From assembly GCA_034666125.1 (NCBI GenBank), contig JAXDML010000002.1:4613-68612 (forward strand): a DNA stretch of 64,000 bases, written 5' to 3'. Positions 54,137-64,000 of the stretch are shown here, in pieces. The DNA comes from Candidatus Parcubacteria bacterium. GTDB taxonomy: Bacteria; Patescibacteriota; Minisyncoccia; Phycocordibacterales; Phycocordibacteraceae. Under the pieces are notes generated by a model, which searched no databases, was not told where the DNA came from, and worked only from the letters and a program-made list of their open reading frames with translations. Numbering within the stretch: position 1 is the first letter of the stretch; each line of letters begins with the position of its first letter. Made by a program: the position numbers and the translations under genes.

Positions 54137-56476
54137 ATGCCTAAAACCGCCAAGTCTCCCGTACGTGCTTCGAAGACTGCCATGAAAAAACCATCTCCTG
54201 TCGCCACCGAAAGCAAGGAGACGAAACGGTACCGCGAACTCATTCCGCAGATAGAGAAGCGCGACGGCCGCATCGCCTCGTTCAACTTCGAGAAGATCGT
54301 GGAGGTGATCCACAAGGCGATGAATGCCGCGGACGAGGGCTCGCACGACGATGCGGTCCTGGTCGCGCATCAGGTGGCGGGAGAGCTCGCGCGCATCGCG
54401 AAGAAGCATAAGAATTTCCTCCCTACTGTCGAGAGCATCCAGGACGACGTCGAGAAGGCGCTCATGTTCAACGACTTCACGGCGACCGCGAAGGCGTACA
54501 TCCTCTACCGCGACAAGCGCGCGCAGATGCGTACGGAGGAGGCGGCTATCCCGGCAGCAGTGCGTGCGAAGATCAAGGACAGCAGCAAGTATTTCGACAC
54601 GGCGTATCAGGAGTTCATCTTCTACCAGTTCTATTCGCGATGGAGCGACGAGCTCGGACGCCGCGAGACCTGGGAAGAGGCGATCGACCGCTTCATCAGT
54701 TTCATGAAAGAGCGGCTCGGCAACAAGCTTACCGAGAAGGAATACGCGGAGGTACGCCAAGCGATCCTCGAGCGTCAGGTCTGTCCGTCGATGCGCCTAC
54801 TCTGGGGTTCGGGCAAGGCGACGCGCGCTACCGACGTGACCGCGTACAACTGCGCGTACATCGCGCCCACGAACTGGCGCGACCTTTCCGAGATCATGTA
54901 CGTCTCGATGTGCGGCGCGGGCGTCGGCTTCGCGGTCGAGCCGCAGAACGCGGAACAGTTCCCGCAGATACAGAAGCAGAGCGGCAAGAAAGCCGAGACC
55001 GTCGTCGTGGAGGACAGCAAGGTCGGCTGGTGCACCGCATACGTGAAGGCCTGCGAAGCGTGGGCAGCCGGTCTTGATGTCGATATCGACTACTCGAAGA
55101 TCCGCCCCGCAGGCGCGCGTCTTGAGACCATGGGCGGCCGCGCATCCGGCCCGGCCCCGCTTCAGGAGCTCATGCAATTCACGCGCCGCAAGATGCTCGC
55201 GCGCCAGGGCCGTCGCCTCACCCCGCTCAACCTCCACGACATCATCTGCCAGATCGGTCTTATCGTGGTCGCCGGGGGAGTCCGTCGTTCCGCGCTCATT
55301 TCGCTCTCGTCGCTCGACGACCTTGAGATGCGGGACGCTAAGAAGGGAGCCTTCTGGCAGGCGGAAGGCCAGCGCTCGATGGCAAACAACTCGGCCGTAT
55401 ACGAAGCCAAGCCATCCGCAGCCGAATTCCTCGAAGAGTGGACGGCGCTCGTGACGAGCGGCTCGGGCGAGCGCGGCATCTTCAACCGAGGCGGGCTCGA
55501 GAAGCAGGTCCCGGCACGCCGATGGGCGAAGCTGAAGGGCCAGACCCAGGTCGGCGTGAATCCGTGCGGCGAGATCTATCTCCGCTCGAAGCAGTTCTGC
55601 AACCTGACGTCCATCGTCGTGCGCCCGGCCGATACCATGGCGTCTCTCAAGAAGAAGATGCGCATGGCGACCATCCTCGGCACGTACCAGGCGACGCTCA
55701 CGAACTTCGAGTACCTTTCCAAAGACTGGAAGAACAATTGCGAGGAAGAGCAGCTCCTCGGCGTCTCCATCACCGGCTACTACGACAACGCGATCATCCG
55801 CAATGACAAGAATCTCGACACGCTCCGCGAGGAAGCGCTCGTGGTGAACAAGGAGTACGCGAAACGCTTCAAGAGGAACCCGTCGAGCGCCATCACGTGC
55901 GTGAAGCCGCACGGCAACTCAGGACAGCTCCTCGGCGTGGGCTCCGGCATGCATCCCTGGTTCTCGCCGTACTTCATCCGCCGCGTGCGCATCAGCGTGA
56001 ACGACCCGCTCCTGAAGCTCGCTGAGGAGCAGGGAGTACCGATACATCCGGAAGTCGGCTATTCGACCTCGAACGCGACCACCATGGTGCTCGAGTTCCC
56101 GGTAAAGGCGCCCGAGGGAGCGGTGCACTCGAAGGAAGTATCGGCGCTTACCATGCTCCATGAGTGGAAGCGCCTCAAGGAGCACTTCACCGAGCACAAC
56201 CCGTCGGTCACTATCTACGTGAGCGACGACGAATGGGTACACGTCGCGAACTTCGTGTACGAGAACTGGGACATCGTAGGCGGCCTCTCGTTCCTGCCCC
56301 GCAACGACCACGTGTACCAGCTCGCTCCGTACCAGGAGATCACGAAGGAAGACTACGACAAGCGGCGGAACGCGCTCGGCGAGATCGACTTCTCGAAGCT
56401 CCCGCTCTACGAGAAGACCGACAACACTGCAGGCGCGAAGGAGTTGGCGTGCGTCGCCGGCATCTGCGAGATCTAA
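54137..56476 (+). CDS. nrdJ: Class II (adenosylcobalamin) ribonucleotide reductase with ATP cone
   Basis: KRDGR ATP cone; PSMR, YNC, GGVRRSALISL, NPCGEI, CNL, TCVKP, C-terminal ACVAGICEI. Confidence 0.9.
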   Translation: MPKTAKSPVRASKTAMKKPSPVATESKETKRYRELIPQIEKRDGRIASFNFEKIVEVIHKAMNAADEGSHDDAVLVAHQVAGELARIAKKHKNFLPTVESIQDDVEKALMFNDFTATAKAYILYRDKRAQMRTEEAAIPAAVRAKIKDSSKYFDTAYQEFIFYQFYSRWSDELGRRETWEEAIDRFISFMKERLGNKLTEKEYAEVRQAILERQVCPSMRLLWGSGKATRATDVTAYNCAYIAPTNWRDLSEIMYVSMCGAGVGFAVEPQNAEQFPQIQKQSGKKAETVVVEDSKVGWCTAYVKACEAWAAGLDVDIDYSKIRPAGARLETMGGRASGPAPLQELMQFTRRKMLARQGRRLTPLNLHDIICQIGLIVVAGGVRRSALISLSSLDDLEMRDAKKGAFWQAEGQRSMANNSAVYEAKPSAAEFLEEWTALVTSGSGERGIFNRGGLEKQVPARRWAKLKGQTQVGVNPCGEIYLRSKQFCNLTSIVVRPADTMASLKKKMRMATILGTYQATLTNFEYLSKDWKNNCEEEQLLGVSITGYYDNAIIRNDKNLDTLREEALVVNKEYAKRFKRNPSSAITCVKPHGNSGQLLGVGSGMHPWFSPYFIRRVRISVNDPLLKLAEEQGVPIHPEVGYSTSNATTMVLEFPVKAPEGAVHSKEVSALTMLHEWKRLKEHFTEHNPSVTIYVSDDEWVHVANFVYENWDIVGGLSFLPRNDHVYQLAPYQEITKEDYDKRRNALGEIDFSKLPLYEKTDNTAGAKELACVAGICEI

Positions 56477-56494
56477 CTGTATCGATAGGGAATA

Positions 56495-56524
56495 GCGAAA
56501 ACCCGCCGTTAGGCGGGTTTTCGC
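56495..56524. terminator. Bidirectional terminator between nrdJ and rnpB
   Basis: GCGAAAACCCGCC / GGCGGGTTTTCGC. Confidence 0.88.
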
Positions 56525-56532
56525 ATCTCGTG

Positions 56533-56852
56533 AGACCGGTCCGATAAGCCGAATTCTGTCCCACCGAAGTGAGGACGGTCATCTATCTGGGGTACCTGTT
56601 ACCAGGCACCTCGAGCGGCGCTCCCTATCGCTAGGGCACGGCCTTGCTCCGGGGTAAGGATTTAGCCGTTTCAGCCTGAAATCGCTCTCAGGACGCTCTG
56701 CGGGAGAGCCCCTAGCCTTTCGGCATCGGGCGTTTCTGTTCGCACCTCGCGGATCGCTCCGGACGGGCGTTACCCGCTACCTTGCTGCCTCGTAAAGAGG
56801 CCGGAGTTCGGACTTTCCTCTGGCTTGTGCCAGCGACCGTCTGGGCCGGTCT
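56533..56852 (-). ncRNA. rnpB: RNase P RNA
   Basis: GAGGAAAGUCC near the 5' end, ACAGAAUUCGGCUUAU near the 3' end, P1 AGACCGG/CCGGUCU. Confidence 0.95.
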
Positions 56853-57015
56853 GGGAGGGAATATAGCATGAAATGGAGGGCACGAAACCTATTCTCTCGG
56901 CAGGCTCTTCCTTAGGCTGTCCCCACGCCCCAAAACGTTCATTTTTATACGCGATATACTAGATACGTTACTAGTTGTGCAGGGTTAATCCCGTAATTAC
57001 GGAGTAAAAAATCAT

Positions 57016-59427
57016 ATGGAACCAACAGCTTCCGCATCGACGGCGTCTCACCCGCGACGTACCTCGTTCGATGCGCTGGCCTTGTGGACGTTGACGATCA
57101 CCGCGGCGCTCGCGACTGTAGTCTTCGTCCCCTCGGCGAATATACCGTTCATCTATAGCAAGGTGACCGTGCTCGCGCTCGGCGGGCTCATCACCCTCGG
57201 TTTGTACATCCTCGCGCGTCTGACACGCGGCAACATCATCGTGCCGCCGCTTACGCTCGTGGGTGCGTTCTGGCTCGTGCCGCTGGCGTACGCCCTGTCG
57301 GCCCTCTTTTCGGGGGCGGGACTCGGCTACGGGCTCTTCGGTACGGCACTCGAGACCGACACGCTCGGCTTCATGATCATGCTCGCATCGTTCGCGACGC
57401 TCGCAGCGCTCACGTTCCGCCGTTCGAGCCAGTACCGCATCTTCTTCAAGGTGGGAATCGTGACGCTCGGCATCGTACTCGTCGCGCAGGTGCTCTTCCT
57501 CATCGTCGGGAACCTGTCCACGTCGCTTTCGCCGACAGCGAACCTCGTGGGCTCGTTCTCGGACCTCGGCATGCTCCTGGGCCTCGGAATTGCGCTCGTA
57601 TTGCTCGCATTCAGGTTCCTTACGCTTCCGGAGAAGCTCGTGAAGGTTCTCTGGGGCATAGAGATCCTGAGCCTCTTCATGCTCGCGCTCGTGAACTCGC
57701 GCGTCGTGTGGGTGCTGGTCACGCTCGTCGCGCTCGGCCTCTTCATCGAGGCCATCATGCGCCGGCAGGGCGCTTCGTCCGATGAGGATCTCGAAGGCGT
57801 CGCCATGATCGATTCGGACCGCGAGAACGCGCCGAGGAACGACACGCACGGCCTCGCCGCGCCGTTGGTGACGCTCGTGGCGGCATTGTTCTTCCTGGTT
57901 GGCGGCAACACGCTCGGCGCCTCGCTCGCGGGGGGCCTCGGTACCAGCTATCTCGACGTGCGCCCATCTTGGCAGTCGACATTCGCCGTGGGGGGACACA
58001 CGTACGCGTCTGCGCCGTTGTTCGGCTCGGGCCCTGGTACGTTCGCTCAGGAATGGCTCAAGTTCAAGGACAGGTCCCTGAACGACACGATCTTCTGGAA
58101 CGTTGATTTCACGTCGGGCGTCGGCTTCATCCCGACCTCGTTCATCACGACGGGCATCGTGGGAGCGCTCGCCTGGCTCGCGCTCATCGTCCTGTTCTTC
58201 TTCATCGGTATCCGGTTCCTCCTGTTCCGTGCGCCCGAGGAGCCGTTCGCCAGGTTCGTGGCCATCGCCAGCTTCGTCGGCACGATCTATATCATGCTGC
58301 TCGCGATCTTCGCGATACCCGGCCCGGTAATCCTCACAATAGGGTTCGTCCTCGCCGGACTCTTCGTATCGTCGCTCCGCTACGGCGGTACCCGCAAGGA
58401 GTGGGGTCTCATCTTCTCGCGTAATCCGCGCGTCGGCTTCGTCATAGTCTTCGGGCTCACGCTCATGCTGCTCGCGGCGGTCGTGACGGCATACGTCGTC
58501 ACCGAGCGGTACCTCGCCGACGTGTCGTACCAGAAGGCATCCGGGCTTTTGAGAGCCGGCGACCTTCAGGGCGCGGCGCAGGCGGCGAATCGTTCGCTCA
58601 CCTTCGCCCGGAGCGATCGCTCGTACCAGCTTATGGCCGCCGTGGGCATAGCGCAGATGAACCAGATCGCCTCGAACACGACCCTCTCGCCGTCCGAAGC
58701 CCAGCAGCAGTTCCAGGCGGCGCTCTCAGGCAGCATCGAGGCGGCGCTCGCAGCGACCCAGGCGCGCCCGGACAACTACCAGAACTGGATCGCGCTCGGG
58801 AACGTGTACCAGACCGTCGTGCCGCTCCGCATCGAGGGGGCGTACGAGAACGCGAAGGCAGCCTACGAACGCGCCGCCGCGCTCAACCCGACGAGTCCGG
58901 GGCTTCCGTACATCATGGCGCAGCTCGAGATCGCGCAGGGGAACGGTGCCGCAGCCGAAGAACAGCTGACAAACGCCATCGGCCTGAAGCGCGATTTCAC
59001 GCAGGCGATATTCCTCTTGTCGCAGCTCGAGGTCCAGCTCGGGAAGGCCAAGGAGGCGCTCCAGGCTGCGGAAGCAGCGGCGTACTTCGCGCCGAACGAC
59101 CCGGTCGTGCTCTTCCAGGTCGGCATCCTTCGCTCGAGCACCGGCAACCTCGACGGGGCCATACAGGCACTGTCGCGCGCGGTGGAAGTCAATCCGCAGT
59201 ACGCCAACGCCCGATTCTTCCTGGCCGTGCAGCTCGCCGCAAAGGCGCAGTACGCGCCTGCGATCGAGCAACTGAATGCGGTCGCCGCGCTTTCCCCGGA
59301 GAACGCGCAAGCGGTCGACGGTTATATCACGGTGCTCGGGCAAGGCAGAAATCCTTTCCCTCGTCCGGGTACGGCCGCAAGCGGCTTCCCACCGGAGGTC
59401 TCCGACGGAAGCGCAGGTGCGCAATAG
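57016..59427 (+). CDS. O-antigen-ligase-like polytopic membrane protein with TPR repeats
   Basis: >10 TM; PLFGSGPGTF periplasmic motif; C-terminal TPRs. Confidence 0.8.
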   Translation: MEPTASASTASHPRRTSFDALALWTLTITAALATVVFVPSANIPFIYSKVTVLALGGLITLGLYILARLTRGNIIVPPLTLVGAFWLVPLAYALSALFSGAGLGYGLFGTALETDTLGFMIMLASFATLAALTFRRSSQYRIFFKVGIVTLGIVLVAQVLFLIVGNLSTSLSPTANLVGSFSDLGMLLGLGIALVLLAFRFLTLPEKLVKVLWGIEILSLFMLALVNSRVVWVLVTLVALGLFIEAIMRRQGASSDEDLEGVAMIDSDRENAPRNDTHGLAAPLVTLVAALFFLVGGNTLGASLAGGLGTSYLDVRPSWQSTFAVGGHTYASAPLFGSGPGTFAQEWLKFKDRSLNDTIFWNVDFTSGVGFIPTSFITTGIVGALAWLALIVLFFFIGIRFLLFRAPEEPFARFVAIASFVGTIYIMLLAIFAIPGPVILTIGFVLAGLFVSSLRYGGTRKEWGLIFSRNPRVGFVIVFGLTLMLLAAVVTAYVVTERYLADVSYQKASGLLRAGDLQGAAQAANRSLTFARSDRSYQLMAAVGIAQMNQIASNTTLSPSEAQQQFQAALSGSIEAALAATQARPDNYQNWIALGNVYQTVVPLRIEGAYENAKAAYERAAALNPTSPGLPYIMAQLEIAQGNGAAAEEQLTNAIGLKRDFTQAIFLLSQLEVQLGKAKEALQAAEAAAYFAPNDPVVLFQVGILRSSTGNLDGAIQALSRAVEVNPQYANARFFLAVQLAAKAQYAPAIEQLNAVAALSPENAQAVDGYITVLGQGRNPFPRPGTAASGFPPEVSDGSAGAQ

Positions 59428-59433
59428 CAGTGC

Positions 59434-61128
59434 ATGGTGCGGCGGATATTCAGCAGATTAACCGCCCCGGTACGCGGCCTTCATCAGGCCGCGTACTTGC
59501 TGGCTGGGCTGACTCTCGCGTCGCAGGTGCTCGCTCTTTTGCGCGACCGCTTATTCGCTCACCTCTTCGGCGCGGGCGAGGTCCTCGACCTCTACTACGC
59601 GGCGTTCAGGATACCGGATCTCGTCTTCGCTCTCGTGGTATCGCTCGTATCGGCCTACGTGCTCATCCCGCGCATCGCGGGGCTTACGGAACAGGGCGAG
59701 AAGAAGAAGGCGCGCGAACTCATGTCGCAGACCGCGTCCTTCCTCCTCATCGGTGCCGGACTGATAGCGCTCGTACTTGCCATCGTCGCACCGCATGCGC
59801 TCTCCGCGCTCTTTCCGGCCTTCAGGGACTCGGCGCATGCGGCGGACTTCGTCCTCCTGTCCAGGCTCCTCCTGCTACAGCCAATCTTGCTCGGACTCTC
59901 GAGCATCCTGTCGAGCGTGACGCAGCTGAATCGCCGATTCTTTCTGTTCGCGCTCTCGCCGGTGCTGTATAACCTGGGGATCATCCTCGGAACGGTGCTG
60001 CTCTACCCCTACTACGGGCTTATCGGCATCGGCATCGGGGTCCTTATCGGCGCGGTCGCGCACCTGGCGGTGCACGTGCCGGTGGTGCAGAGGGCGGGGC
60101 TCCTGCCGCGGCTCCTGTTTCCGGATCTGCGGCTCCTCTGGGGAATCGCGCGTGACTCGGTACCGCGCTCGCTCGCGCTCGCGCTCGGATCGTTCTCGAC
60201 CCTGCTTCTGGTCTCGCTCGCATCCCGCACGGGGGAGGGGGGCGTCGCGGTCTTCACGATCGCGGGGAATCTCGAGACGGTCCCGCTTTCGCTCATCGGT
60301 GCGGCGTACGCGACCGCGGCTTTTCCCGTCCTTGCCGAACAGATGGGCGGGAAGCATGTAGAGGCCTTCCGCACGACGCTCATCGTCGCCTTCAGGCACG
60401 TCATCTTCTGGTCATCGGTCATCACCGTGCTCGCTATCGTGCTGCGCGCGCACATCGTGCGCGTCCTCTACGGCACCGGGGCCTTCGGCTGGGATGACAC
60501 CCGCCTCACCGCGGCCATCTTCGCCGTGCTCGTCGTGGGACTCCTCGCCCAAGGCATCGTGCTTCTGGCTTCGCGCGCGTTTTACGCCTCCGGACGTTCC
60601 TGGAATCCGTTCCTGGTACAGCTCTGCGGCCTTGTCCTCTCGATCGTGAGCGCGTACGGGCTCTTGAAGCTCGCGTGGGAAGTCCCCATGGTACGCTACT
60701 TCTTCGAATCGATGCTCCGCGTATCGGATGTGCCGGGATCGGGTATCCTCCTCATCGCCCTCGGCGCTACCCTGGGACAGGTCGCGATGGCCGTGCTCGC
60801 GCTCCTGTCGCTTCGCCAGGTCGCCCCGGGCGTCGCCAGGTCGCTCGCTCGCCCCCTCTTCGAAGGGCTCGGCGCGGCCATCCTGGGAGGCGCCGCCGCG
60901 TACGGAGCGCTCGCGCTCATGGGCGCCATCGCGCCGCTCACGAAGGTCCTCATCGTGGTTGCGGAAGGCGCCGTAGCTGGTATCGTGGGCTTACTTGTAG
61001 CCGGCACGGTGCTGAGCGTCCTCGAGAACCAGGAATTCCGGGATCTCGCCTCCTCCTTGAGGCGAATGACCACCGCGAAGGCGCTGCAGCCGCACGGCGC
61101 CATCATCAATGACCAGACAAATACGTAA
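59434..61128 (+). CDS. murJ: Lipid II flippase MurJ
   Basis: LLRDRLFAHLFGAG..LD.YYAAFRIPD, SPVLYN, RAFYA. Confidence 0.9.
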   Translation: MVRRIFSRLTAPVRGLHQAAYLLAGLTLASQVLALLRDRLFAHLFGAGEVLDLYYAAFRIPDLVFALVVSLVSAYVLIPRIAGLTEQGEKKKARELMSQTASFLLIGAGLIALVLAIVAPHALSALFPAFRDSAHAADFVLLSRLLLLQPILLGLSSILSSVTQLNRRFFLFALSPVLYNLGIILGTVLLYPYYGLIGIGIGVLIGAVAHLAVHVPVVQRAGLLPRLLFPDLRLLWGIARDSVPRSLALALGSFSTLLLVSLASRTGEGGVAVFTIAGNLETVPLSLIGAAYATAAFPVLAEQMGGKHVEAFRTTLIVAFRHVIFWSSVITVLAIVLRAHIVRVLYGTGAFGWDDTRLTAAIFAVLVVGLLAQGIVLLASRAFYASGRSWNPFLVQLCGLVLSIVSAYGLLKLAWEVPMVRYFFESMLRVSDVPGSGILLIALGATLGQVAMAVLALLSLRQVAPGVARSLARPLFEGLGAAILGGAAAYGALALMGAIAPLTKVLIVVAEGAVAGIVGLLVAGTVLSVLENQEFRDLASSLRRMTTAKALQPHGAIINDQTNT

Positions 61129-62905
61129 CTTCAGCATCATCGCGCACATAGACCACGGGAAGTCGACGCTTGCCGACCGGATGCTCGAACGTACCGGCAC
61201 GATCGAGGCGCGGAAGATGCGCGACCAGGTGCTCGATTCGATGGACCTCGAACGCGAACGCGGCATCACGATCAAGATGCAGCCTGCGCGCATGAAATAC
61301 CGCGCACCGGACGGTGAGGAATACGTATTGAATCTCATCGACACTCCGGGACATATCGACTTCGCGTACGAGGTCTCGCGCGCCTTATCGGCGGTCGAAG
61401 GAGTCATCCTGCTTGTCGATTCGACACAGGGCGTGCAAGCGCAGACCCTGACGACGCTCGGCATGGCGCGAAAGGCCGGCTGCGTCATCATCCCCGTCCT
61501 CTCGAAGGTCGATTCGCCGTACGCGCGCATCGACGACGTGCGGTTCGAGCTCGCAGAACTCCTTTCCGTGCCTGAGGAGACCGTGCTCGCCGTTTCGGGA
61601 CGGACGGGCGAAGGGGTCGAAGAGCTGCTTCGGAAGGTCGTGGATATCGTCCCGCCGCCGCGCGCGAGCGCCGGAGGCGCGGCACGCGCCCTCATCTTCG
61701 ACTTCTCGTACTCGACGCATCGCGGGGTCGCGGTGTATGCGCGCATCTTCGACGGCACGCTTAAGAAGGGCGACGTACTCGAGTTCAAGGCCGCGGGGAA
61801 GCGCTTCACGACGCTCGAGACCGGCATCTTCATGCCCGACGAGACCCCGACGGAAAGGCTCGAGACGGGAGAGATCGGATACATCGTGACCGGCATTAAG
61901 GAGCCGGGCGTGGTGGCGGTCGGTGATACGATAGCCACCGACAAAGCCGGAGCGGAAGCGCTCGCGGGATTCGAGCGTCCGCGTCCGGTCGTCTGGGCCT
62001 CGGTCTATCCGAAGAACCAGGACAGCCTGCCCGATCTGCGCCAGGCCCTAGAGCGTCTTCGCCTTACCGACTCGTCCTTGTCCTTCGAGGAGGAATCCTC
62101 GGGCGTCCTTGGGCGCGGCTTCCGTTGCGGCTTCCTCGGCATGCTCCACCTCGAGATCATCACCGAGCGCCTGCGCCGCGAGTTCAGCCTCGACCTTATC
62201 GTCACGATACCGACCATCGCGTACAGCGTCACCACCAAGAATGGCCAGAAGGAAGTAGTCTATACACCATCCAAGTTTCCGGCGTACGGCGAGACCTTCG
62301 CCGTCGAGGAGCCCTGGGTGAAGGTCATCCTCATTACGCCCAACGAATCCCTATCGGGCATGATCCAGCTCTTTCAGGACCACGAAGGAGCGATCGAGAA
62401 GACCGAGACGCTGATCGACGGGCGCATCGAGCTCATCGTCGAGATGCCGCTTCGGGAGCTCATGCGCGGTTTTTTCGACCGGGTCAAGAACGTGTCCTCG
62501 GGATACGCCTCGCTTTCATACGAATTCCTCGACGAGCGTCCGGCAGACGTAGTGAAGCTCGAGATCGTCGTCGCTGACGAGGCGATCCCGGCATTCGCGC
62601 GAGTGGTCAGCCGTCGCCGCGTCGAGGAGGAGGGCGAGCGCATGGTGGAGAAGCTCCACGGCATCCTCCCGCGCCAGCAGTTCGTGACGAAGATTCAGGC
62701 GCACGCCCTCGGCCGCATCCTCTCCTCCAAGACCCTCTCAGCGTTCCGCAAGGACGTGACGGGATACCTTTATGGCGGTGATATCACCCGCAAGATGAAA
62801 CTCCTCGAGAAACAGAAGAAAGGGAAGAAGCGGCGCGGCGTGCACGCCAAGATGGACATCCCGCAGGAGGTGTTCATGAAGATGGTGCAGGATTCGGAAC
62901 GCTAG
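61109..62905 (+). CDS. lepA: Elongation factor 4 LepA
   Basis: IRNFSIIAHIDHGKSTLADR, GFRCGFLGMLH, GYASLSY, LYGGDITRKMKLLEKQKKGKK. Confidence 0.97.
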   Translation: MTRQIRNFSIIAHIDHGKSTLADRMLERTGTIEARKMRDQVLDSMDLERERGITIKMQPARMKYRAPDGEEYVLNLIDTPGHIDFAYEVSRALSAVEGVILLVDSTQGVQAQTLTTLGMARKAGCVIIPVLSKVDSPYARIDDVRFELAELLSVPEETVLAVSGRTGEGVEELLRKVVDIVPPPRASAGGAARALIFDFSYSTHRGVAVYARIFDGTLKKGDVLEFKAAGKRFTTLETGIFMPDETPTERLETGEIGYIVTGIKEPGVVAVGDTIATDKAGAEALAGFERPRPVVWASVYPKNQDSLPDLRQALERLRLTDSSLSFEEESSGVLGRGFRCGFLGMLHLEIITERLRREFSLDLIVTIPTIAYSVTTKNGQKEVVYTPSKFPAYGETFAVEEPWVKVILITPNESLSGMIQLFQDHEGAIEKTETLIDGRIELIVEMPLRELMRGFFDRVKNVSSGYASLSYEFLDERPADVVKLEIVVADEAIPAFARVVSRRRVEEEGERMVEKLHGILPRQQFVTKIQAHALGRILSSKTLSAFRKDVTGYLYGGDITRKMKLLEKQKKGKKRRGVHAKMDIPQEVFMKMVQDSER

Positions 62906-62930
62906 GTTCGGTCTTGGTATACTGGCGAGG

Positions 62931-63287
62931 ATGATCCGCCGGACCGCAAAGAATCGCGCACGCGAGTACGCCACCGCAGTCGTGCTCGCGCTCCTCATCA
63001 TCTGGCTCCTTTCGCTCATCTGGAACATCGCGCGGAAGGAGGAGATCGCGCGCGGTACGGTGAGGGAAACGCAGGCCGAACTCGCCCAGACCAAGGAGCG
63101 TGAGGCGATACTCGAGTCGAACCTCGCGGAACTCGGTACCGACCGCGGCCAGGAGGCGTCGCTCCGCCAGACCTTCGGGGTTGCGAAGCCCGGCGAGGAG
63201 GTTATCATCGTCGTGCCCGAGAAGGAGGTTGCGGCGCCCCCGGAACTGCCGTGGTGGCGGAAGGCGCTCGATTTCATAGGGCTCTAG
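62931..63287 (+). CDS. Septum formation initiator (FtsB/DivIC-like)
   Basis: TM, coiled coil, LRQTFGVAKPGE. Confidence 0.8.
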   Translation: MIRRTAKNRAREYATAVVLALLIIWLLSLIWNIARKEEIARGTVRETQAELAQTKEREAILESNLAELGTDRGQEASLRQTFGVAKPGEEVIIVVPEKEVAAPPELPWWRKALDFIGL

Positions 63288-63288
63288 A

Positions 63289-63359
63289 GCGGGATTCGTT
63301 CAGTGGCAGGACGCGACCTTCCCAAGGTTGAGACACGGGTTCGATTCCCGTATCCCGCA
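63289..63359 (+). tRNA. tRNA-Gly(CCC)
   Basis: GCGGGAT/ATCCCGC acceptor, CGACC-TTCCCAA-GGTTG, GGTTCGATTCC; no encoded CCA. Confidence 0.93.
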
Positions 63360-63383
63360 CAGATCATACACACGCACTCATAA

Positions 63384-63497
63384 GGCACGGCCTTGATACG
63401 GCTAATTGATGCGAAACGTCTTCGACGACGAATCGGGTATATTTCCGAGGTAGACCTCTTTTCATTAAAAGGAAGACTCACGGCATTGCTACCTTGA
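63384..63497 (+). pseudogene. 3' remnant of a PemK/MazF-like toxin gene
   Basis: GTALIRLIDAKRLRRRIGYISEVDLFSLKGRLTALLP* after an in-frame TAA; AT-rich. Confidence 0.55.
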
Positions 63498-63649
63498 GTT
63501 CCTTGTTCCTCCGCAAACGCGGAGTAGCGCCGAAGCGATTTATACCATCAGGATAGCTTGAAGTGGAAGATGGTCAATAAAAAATTATTCTAGATCAACC
63601 AATCCTGTTGATAACCCGAAATGCTATACTACGTGCCTAATACGAATCT

Positions 63650-63892
63650 ATGGACAAAACAGTCACCATCTACAGCACCCCGACCTGCCATTTTTGCCAG
63701 CTTGCAAAGGAATTCCTTACCCAGAACAACGTTGCGTACACGGAGCACAATGTCGCTTCGGACCTGGAGAGGCGCCAGGAGATGATCGAGAAGAGCGGCC
63801 AGATGGGCGTTCCGGTCATCGTCGTGGGCGACGAGCTGATCGTGGGCTTCGACAAGGAGAAGCTCGCCACTGCGGTCGGAGTTCCTGCGTAA
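63650..63892 (+). CDS. Glutaredoxin/NrdH-like redoxin
   Basis: YSTPTCHFC, SGQMGVPV, IVGFD. Confidence 0.92.
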   Translation: MDKTVTIYSTPTCHFCQLAKEFLTQNNVAYTEHNVASDLERRQEMIEKSGQMGVPVIVVGDELIVGFDKEKLATAVGVPA

Positions 63893-63901
63893 GATAGGTC
63901 G

Positions 63902-63934
63902 CACAAAAGGCCCTCCCTCGGAGGGCCTTTTGTG
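63902..63934 (+). terminator. Intrinsic terminator
   Basis: CACAAAAGGCCCTCC / GGAGGGCCTTTTGTG. Confidence 0.88.
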
Positions 63935-63949
63935 TTAGTCTCGGTTTGA

Positions 63950-64000
63950 GCCCTCGTAGTTCAATGGATAGAACATCTCACTCCTAACGAGATAATGTAG
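63950..64000 (+). tRNA. tRNA-Arg(CCT), truncated by the window end
   Basis: GCCCTCG-TAGTTCAATGGATAGAAC D arm; anticodon loop CTCCTAA. Confidence 0.8.

Overview
Chromosomal segment of a small-genome, moderately GC-rich bacterium using genetic code 11. Gene content and style suggest Patescibacteria/CPR, Parcubacteria-like (inference, no search run): no biosynthetic pathways, a giant acidic surface protein with a C-terminal peptidoglycan-binding domain, CAP and GerMN proteins, and an O-antigen-ligase-like TPR protein. About 60 mostly housekeeping or stress CDSs are present (uppP, P-type ATPase, lexA-dinB, mltG, typA, DEAD-box helicase, msrA/B, nth, mutY, rnj, secG, groES/EL, lemA, htpX, class II RNR, murJ, lepA), plus RNase P RNA, three tRNAs and a 6S-like RNA. 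The strongest novel signal is at 19074-19384 (minus strand). It is a stand-alone ~310-nt unit with a candidate promoter and a terminator, whose 5' domain is a gap-free copy of the 58-nt uL11-binding GTPase-associated centre of 23S rRNA (H43-H44). It carries seven compensatory base-pair changes, lies outside any rRNA gene, is fused to a ~200-nt structured domain and is convergent with a DEAD-box helicase. Other leads: a second structured RNA candidate (6938-7145); a boxA-like motif at an identical position in the long leaders of two orphan loci; pervasive leaderless genes, which also reveal two unannotated small ORFs; Fe-S-less Nth and MutY; and a MazF-like remnant beside tRNA-Gly. All family calls are by motif recognition only.
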